Source: Massalongia carnosa (lineage: Eukaryota). From it: DNA of 64,000 nucleotides. The notes beneath the pieces are model-generated. The model had not been told where the DNA came from and did no database searches. It saw only the letters and a list, made by a program, of their open reading frames with translations. The stretch is from NCBI GenBank assembly GCA_965645245.1, contig OZ287083.1, positions 620,001 through 684,000 on the forward strand. Direction: 5' to 3'. Positions within the stretch are counted from its first letter, which is position 1, and every line of letters begins with the position of its first letter. Positions 52,057 to 62,998 of this stretch are shown one piece after another. Position numbers and translations under genes: made by a program.

Positions 52057-53178
52057 AAACCCTCTTATGCTTGCTCTCTACGTTTCATCCTTCAGCGACA
52101 AATTCCCCACCGCTTTAGACTCGCGAATCCTTCTTTACCAAGTGCATAGCGAAGTTGGCGTCCTTTCTCTCACTTCCTTGAGTCCTAGCTCTGTTACCTC
52201 ACGAATTGCCATCCATAGAAGAAATTCTCGCGCTTTTCAGGAAACGCGAAGATATAAATCCAAAACCAACGGCTCTCTTTCCAGCAAAAATCTAATTCCT
52301 TGACCCTGGTGCCTTGACGCACTCAACTGTGTATTATCCGACGACTAAATCACAAATGGGGACGGTGGTGTTTCTGTCGTTTTGTCTTTTAACCTGTATA
52401 TTACGTACGTTCTAGTGAACAAGACAGAAGCAATCCGGTTGCCAAAGGAGCCAAGTATTTTTTTAAACTCTCTTTTTCTCTTTAAGGTGGCGTTATTTTC
52501 TGTTTCTTTTCGGCTTTTCGTTGGGATTCTGTTTCCATACCACGCGATAGACGTACGCGTCACACGTACATATAACAGTTTATACATAAGAGCGAGAGGC
52601 GAGGCTACGACACGGCGATTTTGGGCGTCGCCATTTCCAGCGGCTCGTTTTGAGCTTCTTTGGCTTTGAAGGATTTGAAGGCGAGGGAGGTTGAATCCCC
52701 GAAATATTTTCGAGATTGAAATGCAATTCCCCTTCTCTCCCTCCCCCATTTGTTGGGGGAAATGAACGGCAGGTTTTGCGCACAACCTTTGTCTTCTCCC
52801 GGTTCAGTCATTGTGAGAGTGATTCCACGAGCTTTTTTGGTGGTAATGGCGGATGCTGGTGCAGGAGGAGGATCCTTCTTGCGTGTGGATGTGTTCTCTC
52901 GGAGCGCTCCACGCCGGAGAATAGCCCCCTTTTACCCGTATTTATATCTATTTACCTGTCAATTCCGCCCTTCCCTCTCTCCCCACCTAATTTTCCAACC
53001 AATCTCCCCCCCCCCTCATTGATTATTCTCCGTAGCCATCCCTTCCTTCCCGTTCCTTCCTTTTTGCACAGATGCATCCCTAACCCCACCGGTTTTTGTT
53101 GTTGTTGTTGTTGTTGTTGCTACGTAAAGTCATGTTCCCAGCTAATCAATCCCCTTCCGCAAACCCGAAACGTGTTCC

Positions 53179-54090
53179 TCAGCTCCACCCCCGAGACAAG
53201 CAAATCGCCAGATTAACCATCACCCCCAACGCCACCGCACTGCGCCGCCGCGCGCTCCAAACCCCCTGCTCCCTGACCAACCACCCCAGCGCGCCCACCG
53301 CCCAGAAAAACCCCATCACCGACCCCCACAGCATATCCTCCAGCGCCGCTCCCTCCTCCTCCCCATCGTCCCATCCCCCGCCCCCAACGTCCCCGCCATC
53401 AGCTGCTGCAGCTGGTGCGGAGGAGGAGGAGGAGGAGGAGGAGGAGGGAACGGCGGAGCCGTTGCCGTCTAGCCAGCGCTCTTCCAAGCGGCGCATTTCC
53501 TGCGGCGAGGGCATGGTGTCCGGGGTATGGCGGTGCGCGTGCAGGGCGAGGAACTGCGCGCGGAGAGAGGCCACTTCGGGCTCGGTGAGGCCCGCCGAGA
53601 GGAGGGCGTCGAAGCCCCGAGGACCCAGCGGGGGCCGCTGCCGCGGGTGGGGAACAGCCTGCCCAGAAGGCCCCGACGCCGACGGCGAACCGATCTTGAC
53701 GATGGCATTCTCGGCCGCGAGCGCGGCCGGTGAGAGGGTCGCGGAAACGTCAATAGCGCAGTGAATGTAGGTGGGCGTAGCGCCGGACTCGGCATCTTGC
53801 TTTGGAGCTGGACCGGTCGGGGCCGCCGCCGGCAGGCGGAGAGAGTGGCTCAGTGGCGTTGACGGCGTCGTCTGGGGAAGGAGAGCGCCGGCGGCGATGA
53901 GACGGAGAGGCGACGCGGCCAGGTGGGGGGGGAGGTGTGGCCGAATCAGCGAGTTCAGCTTCCGCGTGCTGGTCGTGTGGGGGGAGGCGATTGTAAGCGG
54001 AAGATCGGGAATGGCGTGCGGGAAACGGATTATGAGGGAGAGGGGAGGAGGAGGAGGAGGAGGAGGAGGAGGAGGAGGAGGAAGGGTCAT
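53179..54090 (-). CDS. DSC3: DSC E3 ligase complex subunit Dsc3-like (DUF2407: ubiquitin-like N-terminus, C-terminal TM helices)
   Basis: LIIRF...PDLPL, LRLIAAGALL, YIHCAI, PRGFDALLSAGL..EVASLRAQF, RRLEERWLD, DMLWGSVMGFFW. Confidence 0.85.
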   Translation of the reverse strand: MTLPPPPPPPPPPPPPLSLIIRFPHAIPDLPLTIASPHTTSTRKLNSLIRPHLPPHLAASPLRLIAAGALLPQTTPSTPLSHSLRLPAAAPTGPAPKQDAESGATPTYIHCAIDVSATLSPAALAAENAIVKIGSPSASGPSGQAVPHPRQRPPLGPRGFDALLSAGLTEPEVASLRAQFLALHAHRHTPDTMPSPQEMRRLEERWLDGNGSAVPSSSSSSSSSAPAAAADGGDVGGGGWDDGEEEGAALEDMLWGSVMGFFWAVGALGWLVREQGVWSARRRSAVALGVMVNLAICLSRGWS

Positions 54091-54706
54091 GATGGGGTTT
54101 GGTGGAGAAATGGTTTTTGATGGGGGGGGGAAGCTTGTATGGATTTATGTATGTATCACCTATCGAGGAAGCAATCCCTAGCATCTAGAATCAGATATTC
54201 CGCTTGCGGTTGTTTTGTATAGGTTTTACATGATTCCAAAAAAAAAACATCATCAGTTTCGTATCCCACTTTCTTCGAAGAAAATGGGATGTTGTTTTCA
54301 TTAATTGCTTCAGAGGTTGGAAAATCCCATGATAACACATACATAGAGGGCAGCGTCGCTTGCAAACTCGCAAACAGATCCGGCAGCTGCGGATTGTCAA
54401 TTTCATAATCGAATCAAGCACAAGCACAAAACAGAAACCTGGTTTCTGTCATCAAGTCATCAAATTCCCTCCTTGGATTTTTTCATCTCCTTCTCGCAAT
54501 AATGTCAGATCTACAAAAGAAAAAAACATCTTGACCAGGCACGCCACAAGCGATGCAAGAGTCCAGCGAACTATACTGCCAAAGTGATGCAACTCGTGAC
54601 CCAATTCCCAACCCCAAATCCCCAGGACCTCCTGAAAAGACCGCCCACAGCCACCTTAACGCCGATTCGTTCCATGATATGCCTCGCCATATTTACAATC
54701 CGTGAT

Positions 54707-57218
54707 CTACGCATACCGGACACTCGGCCGTACATAATGCTGCGGTATGGGGGGTGGCGGATGCTGCCAGTATTGATTTCCACCCCATCCAGCTTGTTGG
54801 GGCCCTGGCTGCTGATTAGGATACCAGCCACCACCACCTTGAGGAGGTGAAGCCCCAGCCCAGCGCTGCTGCATCGGCGGCGATCGAGAATGAACTCGAA
54901 CTCGCTTCGGCTGCCTGCAACGCTGAACGCAACAACCCAAGATGGATAGAAGGAGCAAGCTGCCAAGACCGGCAGCGATGCCAATCACCAAATTTTTATG
55001 ATCGTGAATCCATGATTCAATCTCCTTTCCGGCCGAAGAACCCTTGCATTTGCCCTACGAAAGAAAGACGTTAGCAAGAATACCAGGTGCTTCTGCTCTA
55101 GCACCAAAGGTACGCACGTTCGAGCATTTCCCACCTCCACCGCACACCGTTCCGTCAAGGAAGTTCTGCTGCATGCTGTAACAGACACCGGTTCCAAACT
55201 CAGGAGAAGCACAAGAGAGGGTACAGTCTTGGCTGTTACAGGCGTAAGTATCATTGTTGGTCGTAAAAGACCCCATCAAGGTCTTGCATTGTTGATCTCG
55301 TGACGTGCATTGTCCACTGGCACATTGCGTGTTGGCGGTACCGTTGCCACACTTCTGACCGTCCGGTGCAGTTTGATCAGAAGGACAAGTAGCGTCAAGC
55401 CCAGAGCAAGTCTCTTGAGGATCACAGACACTCGTGCTAGCTCTGCACACCGTGCCGTTGGATGCGAACTGACAAGAACGGCAACAGTCTTCGTTAGAGT
55501 CGTCGCAAACCGCATGGTTTTTGAACTTGCAAGTCGCCGCGTCGCAACACTGGTTGTTGCCACAACCCCCAGGGCCGCCGCAGTCACAGTCTTCGCCCTC
55601 CTCTACAATACCGTTTCCGCATTGTTGGGGCGATATCGTCGTGACGCCTTTGTTGTCAGACAGACAAGATACTTTGACCGCGTTGCGACCCATGGCAGAA
55701 CATATGTTACCAATAGAACACGGGCTGAACTCGGAGATACCTTCGCCGGTAGAGGGATTCATGATATACCTGGCACCCGCATCGCATGTTGAAGAACTGA
55801 GGGGACAGCATTTCTGAGCGTTGACAGTGTTGCTATCCTCGCACTGCGACATATCACAGTCGTGCACGGCACCAAAGGTATGGCCTGATTCATGGGCAAT
55901 CACTTGCCACTCGGTGGGAGTCCTTGCAACAACATTGGCGCCGCTGACCGTCTCTCCCGGACCTTGGTTGACATCGGAAACACAAGCTTGGCCCAGCCAA
56001 GCCAGGCCAACCTCAGCACCAGTATTGCAGTTCGTTAATAGCGTCCAGTAGGCGTTGGTATCCTTCCTCTCGCCACGCCATTGGGAGAACGTGTTTAACC
56101 GATCAGTAATGGTCGTATTAGAGTCGCATCCGATATTCCACGGTGTGGCCTGGGGGGGGGAGCCCGGACAATCCTTTTCGCTTACAGTCAAGTTCTGAAG
56201 TCCAAGGGTGATGTTAAACGTCTTCTCATATACATTGGAGGCCATGTTGATCTGATTGATAACGTTTTGATGCGCAGTCTGTGTGGAGTTGAATGTTGCG
56301 GTGTAACTACAATCCGTAGCTACACCAATGAGAGCAACCTTTCGACTGGATGGGCAACCTTCGGTTTTTCCGATACTCTGCTTTAGGTTGACGCCTCCAG
56401 AGTTGCCTCCACTCGGAATGCCGTCTAGTTGTCTCCGGTCGAAGAGCGAAGAGATTGGAGCAACGCCCCATGATCCGAGGCTGCGTTTGAGTTCTGCTGT
56501 GAAGACAGGATGTGATGGATTCGAGTTGAAGCTTAATTGATTAGACTGGCATGAGCGCTGGCGGGCATTCGATCTCTTCAGGTCCGTGTGGTTGGGATTC
56601 CCAATGTCCGAATCGCGAAACATAACCATGTACTCATCGTCAGCGTATTCAAGATCTGGATCAAGTTCGTGCTTTGTGGACAAGTAACTCGATCGTAGCT
56701 TGACATGGTGATGATTACGGAAGATAGTAAACACTCCCTCGAAGAGGGGAATGACCCCGTCTCTTCGGACAACGATTCTTGCCCATCCGCAATGTGTCCA
56801 GCTTCCATCAGGTTCCTGAAGCCAGGCATCCCCTTTAAACACCTTATGATCCTGCCGGACAACAGATTCTGTGTGGATTGTCTCGCCCAAAGCGTTCAGA
56901 TACCGAACAGTTGCTCCTTCGGGTAAAATGTCATGGTTAGGTTCGAGGCTGAGCTTCACATTTTGCTGATGGTTATGCAAGCTGAACTGAAGGTTGAAAT
57001 GAGAAAATGCATGTACGCGATGCGAGGGTGTTTGTATCGAAGGGTTTTCGATTAACGACAGATAATTAAGAGAACCTATCCTCTGGGATCTCGCTATAGG
57101 GATCTAGTTAGAACACATTTCCGTGCTGAGCTCTCTCGCGCATTGACATACCACTAACAGTCGCAAATAATAAACACAGAGCGCTGACGATGGCCCATAA
57201 TCGCCATGACAGGCTCAT
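54707..57218 (-). CDS. ADAM-family metalloprotease/disintegrin (fungal ADM-B-like), 3 exons
   Basis: Signal peptide; GWARI prodomain; zinc motif HESGHTFGAVHDC with Met-turn YIMNP; disintegrin CGNGIVEEGEDCDCG; Cys-rich region; TM helix VIGIAAGLGSLLLLSILGCC. Confidence 0.93.
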
Positions 57219-58033
57219 AATGCTGAAAAAATGTAAGAGGGAACCGTACGAGACAGGCGCTGGAGGTGCGTTGAAGCCGTAGATCCAACTCCAGCGTCTC
57301 AACCGCCGGCAGGTTTTGATGAGGGCCGGACAATAAGGAGTGACAAGTAAGAATAATGATAGTGGTGGGTATCTATTGACCTTGCGGTGTGTGAGCGGCG
57401 GAAGGCGAAGGGAACCGAGGGTCTTGTGCAGGGTCAGCGATTCGTGAGCCGCGCAATCACACTCTCTCCTGTCGCAGGCCTCCTCTCGGTCTCGGGGACG
57501 CTGGAAAGGGTGGCGCTAACGAGAACAAGGGAAGGTCGAATGTGAAGGCTGAAAATCGAGCCGGCAAAAGACTGCGGCATGCAATGCAACGGTAGTACCA
57601 ACCAGGGAGTAGCCAGAATCAGTGAGTGACTTAAATCCTCATGACAGTGAATTTGATGAAACAGAGCAAAGGGAGTACTGAGTACTTTTCTGAACGAGGA
57701 TTATTTCGGAGGTCGAGGGGGTGAGTTGATTCGTAAGGAGCTGTCTAGGCCGACAGGATTCTGATCTCGCCTAAGCCCGGTGTTTATTTTCCGTTTACAG
57801 AGTAACGGATTTTCATTGGTTAAGGCGAGCGATATATTTAGCTAACTAGGCAGTCAATGCTTACGACCACCAAAGAACCCTTTGAGCTTAAAGCTCTTCG
57901 TTGAACCTTTTCTCGGGGGGTGGAAGTGTCTTGCTTCCCGTGTGCAAGTGAACGGAGGAATTATCAGCATACCAATCGACTCATTCATGCATTATACCTA
58001 CAATGGAGCAGGGCGGAGCGGGAGAGGGGTGGC

Positions 58034-58062
58034 GCTGCTGTGCTGCTGTGCTGCTGTGCTGC
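58034..58062. repeat. 8-bp tandem repeat (GCTGCTGT) x3.6
   Basis: Read directly from the sequence. Confidence 0.85.
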
Positions 58063-58377
58063 CGTTTCCCGCCCTGGACGTGGGTCTAGTCGTTGAAGAT
58101 TGGTGATACGTTAGCTGTACGGAACGCGTGAGGTTTTGGAATTCTAGTGGCATTAACTGCCGCTGGGGTCGAATGGCGGCATTTACGGGGTTTCAGATTT
58201 ACGCGGCAACGCGTAGGTGCCCGTCGTATATTCTCAACTAAACGTACAGTACAGTTTAAAGGATCAAAGCCAGCCGAGCCCTGGCGCTGTTTTTCTGGGA
58301 AAACCCTCCGTCATGATATCTCCTCGTTTAACACTAACACCCGAACGGTAATATCATGGTGGTGTTGACCTGTTCTT

Positions 58378-60743
58378 TCACTTAACCCTCGATGCCTGTA
58401 CAATCTCAATGATCTTCTCCAACACGCTCGGATCCGAGAGCTAGATTCCGAGTAAGTACATGCAACCAAGCTTCATCGTCATGGATCGCAATTTCGCTTA
58501 CGGTAGAAATATCCCCTAGCGAATCTTCCTCTCCTGACAGGATTTTCCGCAAGATGCGTCTCATGATCTTGCCAGACCGAGTCTTGGGTAGGTCGTCAAC
58601 GATAAATACCTTCTTCGGAGCTGCAAAGGGTCCGATTGATTTCCGAACTTGGAGAACCAAGTCTTTACGGATCTGGTCATTGGTCTCATTTCCATCTTTC
58701 AGAGCAACGAAGGCGTTTACGGCTTGGCCTGTAAGATCGTCACTAATACCGACGACAGCCGCTTCGGCAACTTGATCTGTAGAGAATCAGCGGGAAAGAC
58801 ACTATAGCCGAGAAAAATCAGCGTACGGTGCTCAATGAGGGCGGCTTCGATTTCAGCCGTTGAAAGTCTGTGTCCCGAAACATTAACCACGTCGTCAACA
58901 CGACCTCGGATCCAGTAATAACCCTCATGATCACGGCCAGCCCCGTCACCAGTGAACTAGACGGCTTCAGTAAGTTTTGGATGGCTGTTCTAGACACTGT
59001 CTCACATAATATCCTTTGTACACGTTCAAATAGGTCTCCATGTATCGTTTGTGGTCACCCCATACGGTGCGGGCCATACTTGGCCAGGGCCTTTTAATTG
59101 CCAGAACTCCTTCTACATCATTTCCAAAGATTTCTTTGCCCGACATGGGGTCGATAATCGCAGGTTCGATACCAAAGAATGGTAATGAGGCGCTTCCAGG
59201 TTTCGTGGGTGTCACTCCTCCTAATGGCGTTATAACATGAGAGCCAGTTTCGGTTTGCCAATAAGTCTAGCACGAGTTAGTTCGGTTCACCATCAATTTC
59301 AAACAGCCACAGTACATCAACAACGTGAGCTTCCTCCTTTCCCACAATCTCGAAATACCATTTCCAGACTTCCGCAGCAATTGGTTCTCCAACGGAACCC
59401 AGAACTCGAAGATGCTTCATCGCATGCTTGCAGTGTGAGTCGCCTGCTCGCTTGAGTAATCTTAGCGCTGTGGGTGCCACGTAAAACTGCGTGACTTGAT
59501 GCTTGTCGACGACCTCCCAGTAGCGCGAGAAATTTGGGTAGGCAGGAGTTCCTTCAAAAACAACAGTTGTGACTCCTAGAAGAAGGGGCGCATAAACAAC
59601 ATAAGTATGTCCGGTAATCCAGCCAACATCACCAGCACAAAAGAACTTGTCGTTATCATGGATATCGAACACGTACTTGCCTGTAGCTGCTGCACCTAGC
59701 AGATATCCGGCTGTTGTATGCATAATGCCTTTTGGCTTTCCAGTCGACCCTGAAGTATACAGCAGGAAAAGCGGATCTTCCGAACTCATTGGCTCAGGGA
59801 CAATGTAGTTGGGATACTTTTGGGTCTCTTCATGCCACCATTTATCTCGCCCTTGAATCCATGGGACATCGGCGCCGGTTCGCTTGTAGACTAAGCAGTG
59901 AGCAACGTCCGGGCATTGCTTCAACGCATCATCCACGATCTTCTTTGTCCCAATCAGTTTACCGCCTCGCTTACCTTCGTCGCTAGTGATGACAACTTTA
60001 GATTCGGCATCGAGCACACGGTCCCGCAAAGAATCCGACGAAAAGCCCGCAAAGACAACCGAGTGCACGGCACCAATTCGCGCGCAGGCGAGAAATGCAA
60101 TCAAAGCCTCCGGAATCATGGGCAGGTATATAGCAATGGTGTCTCCTTTTTTCACGCCCATCTCCTTGAGTACGTAGGCGAGGCTTGATACTTGTCGGAG
60201 AAGCTCTCCATATGTAATCGTACGGCCTTCGTTTGGCTCATCAGCTTCGTATATGATCGCTGGTTTATCGGGGTTCTTGATGGCATGACGATCAACACAA
60301 TTGTAAGAGGCGTTCAATCGTCCTTCCAGAAACCATGCATTATTCCCATTTTCAAATGAGCCGAAGTGTACCGTCTGAAAATCTCGATCCCATGTTAAGA
60401 GCTCCCGAGCAAGCTTAGCCCAAAACTTATCGTTATCTTTGATAGATTCTTTATACAGCCTCTTGTAGGTTTCAATGGAGTCCAAGTGGGGTTTCGAAGG
60501 GTGTTTCCTTTTGCCATGTTAAATAGGCACAGTCATCACGAAAGCATACCTCTGCGTTTGCTTCTCGGCTTACTCGAACAATGCCTTGGGAACATGGTAT
60601 GTGTCTAAGCTTTTAATTCAACAGCAGTATACAATGATTCCTGAAGTCAGCTCACCTATATTATGAGCTTCTACTACCACCATTGGAGTAGAGTTGACGT
60701 CTGAATCAATCTTAGTGGGCGGTTTGATAGCTCCTTCACTCAT
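58378..60743 (-). CDS. facA: Acetyl-CoA synthetase (multi-exon)
   Basis: [76 protein letters not shown]. Confidence 0.97.
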
Positions 60744-61021
60744 GATGCCGAAATTCCTGAAGATATACGTTTGTCCGAGTGATAAATAGGATGAATGAGT
60801 TGGGGACGCGAGAGTACAATGTAGCCTTGTATGATGCGTTGCAATAGTGATAGGTAGTTAGGCTATTAATGTGCTTTAGGGTTGGAGGGGCTACTAGGTG
60901 TTTGTGGTTGCAATTCAAAGGGTATGCAACAGTTAGCCTTCTCAGGCCAATCACAGGCAGGTGAGTATTCATGCTTCTGGACCGACCCCGAGTTGTGGGC
61001 AAAAGGCCATGAGTATTCTGT

Positions 61022-61071
61022 CTGGAGGTAGGTCGCAAGACCTGGGGGCGTACCCCGCAAAATGTGCGGAG
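61022..61071. promoter_or_regulatory. Cluster of four CreA/Mig1-type SYGGRG sites upstream of acetyl-CoA synthetase
   Basis: CTGGAG 61022, CTGGGG 61042, CCCCGC (reverse complement GCGGGG) 61053 and GCGGAG 61066, about 280-330 bp upstream of the ATG; CCAAT near 60947. Confidence 0.6.
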
Positions 61072-61972
61072 TCGTGATTAGACTGCTTACTCCGTTCAGA
61101 ATACCTCCTGCATACTAACTAACCGGAAGTGGTACTGGTACCGGTAGGTTCCTTAGAGTAAGTCCGCCTGATAAGGGGCGACTCCTATTTATAGGTAAAC
61201 CGCAGCATGGTTAGGTTGATCACGATGATCCCGTATACTGGCATGAAGGTATGAGTTGTGGTGTACAATAACTAAGTAGACATCATGACTAAGTACAGCT
61301 AACTTCCATAAGATATCTGTCCAGCACAGATCCCAAGAACTCTAGAATCATTCCAGCTCATACAACTGTCCGGCACGTTCGTTAATAGTAGAAAACACTA
61401 TTTAAGGAGCGCTTGGTCCCTTCAGACTGACTTTGCTCCCAATCGTTTTTATTTAATTTTTACGAGTGGGGAGTGGTCTGACATCGCCCTACATAGTCGT
61501 CAAGGGTGGGTTAATGGCTTAACGCTATATTTTTATCTCTATCAGCCTTTGATTCCTATGGGATAAACATGGGATCTGGCTTGAGTGAGCTTTTTTAAAA
61601 GCAGGGTTCTGAAAATCGGCTCTATTAAGAGGACGAGAAGGTATGGCTTTGTTACTTGCTAGATGCTAAACCTTCAACAAACATGAATTATTGAATTTCG
61701 ATCGGTCGATCCAGTGACACTTGCACAATCGGAAAACTAGCTGAATGACCGCGTAGATAAAGATTCCGATGTTGGAACAGTTAACTAAGAAGATTAAAGT
61801 ACCAATTTTAGAAAACCGCATCTGCGTTGTGGTTTGCTTAGACTTGGTAAGAAACCAATGGCAGAGCTGATAGCTTCTAATGGGTATTTGAATCAATTAT
61901 AGGATCTCGTAGACGAAAATCATATTTTTCTATATGAAAAATGTAGTCAAACTATATCAGTTGCCTCAGTAC

Positions 61973-62121
61973 CTCAGACCTGCCTTGCCCTCGCCACAGC
62001 TAAGCCTTTTCGGATTAGTATATAATTAGTCAGAAGCTAAGTCAATTTAGTTAAATGTTTAACTGTTTTAGGATAAGATTCTATTTAGCTTACTAGTCAT
62101 GCTTCGGGCGGCAGGTCTGAG
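61973..62121. repeat. 149-bp inverted-repeat-bounded AT-rich segment (MITE-like)
   Basis: CTCAGACCTGCC (61973-61984) and GGCAGGTCTGAG (62110-62121) form a perfect 12-bp IR, extendable by GCCC/GGGC after a 2-nt bulge. No clear TSD. Confidence 0.5.
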
Positions 62122-62561
62122 TTCAAAACTCTGTAATTTTGTCAGGTTCTCGTTATTTTGGTGACAACACACGTAAGTTTAGCGCTTAAGATTTAAAATC
62201 ATCGTTTTTCACGTTTAAGACAAGATCAACGACAACGCATGAAAGTTGTAATATTATAATACGTTATTGTCGTCGCTACTTAAAGATATGCTTTATTAAA
62301 TGATCTAAAATTTAAACATCCTGTGTGCGTTGCGCAGTTATCTTCATCATCGAGCAACATCGACTCAAATTGACTCTCAAATCTCGACGACAGCACAACA
62401 ACTTCGAATTGAGTCTTGCTCTTCAATTCAACGATCGGCGCTCATATTCATCATATTGCCTTGGCGGATCATGTTATCGTAGTTCTTCAGGACTTCAAAC
62501 TCAAAAATATAGTCGTTGTCCTTGCTAGCGTGCTTTCTTGTTGTAGCGATATTACATCAAT

Positions 62562-62935
62562 ATGAGTGACGCGATACAGATGTTGACTCGTGAGAAGATC
62601 GAGAGCGTTGTTGATCAGTATTTCGGATTTCGTCCAAAGAGGGAGCAGGTGGATGCGCTTCATCATCTGTTGTGTGATAGGATGGAGTTGATCTTGATAG
62701 CAAAAACAGGTTTCGGAAAGAGCATACTGTTTCAAGCTGCTTCTTTGATGTTTTCGCGTTGCAAGTCAGTGTTGATAATCATGCCTTTGATTGCACTGGA
62801 AGAGGAGCAATGTGAAAAAACCCTCTTTAAACGCCTCGTCGACCTTCACCGGAGTTAACGTCTATCGCCTCAAAGGAGCTGCCCGATTCTCGCTCGGGGC
62901 GAAAAAGAAGGCGACTAGCTTACCTGGATGAGTGA
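62562..62935 (+). pseudogene. RecQ-like SF2 helicase, internally deleted (Q-motif, motifs I and Ia, then a frameshifted tail)
   Basis: FGFRPKREQVDAL...LIAKTGFGKSILFQ...LIIMPLIALEEEQ. No DEAH motif follows. Another frame gives ...PDSRSGRKRRRLAYLDE* ending at 62935. Confidence 0.8.
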
Positions 62936-62998
62936 TGGCGGAGAGCAAAGCCGCGCGGCGCGGATTTGCTCCTCCGGTGAGCGATGAATAGAACGGGT

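Noticed and set aside
53096..54181. Long plus-strand ORFs overlapping DSC3, and similar antisense ORFs over Ssn6, ADAM and SNF2
   Set aside because: Shadow ORFs caused by GC-rich codon usage and triplet repeats.
62562..62858. Telomere-linked RecQ helicase or subtelomere
   Set aside because: No TTAGGG arrays are seen, and pairing with a DUF6589-like gene fits a transposon better. Not fully excluded.
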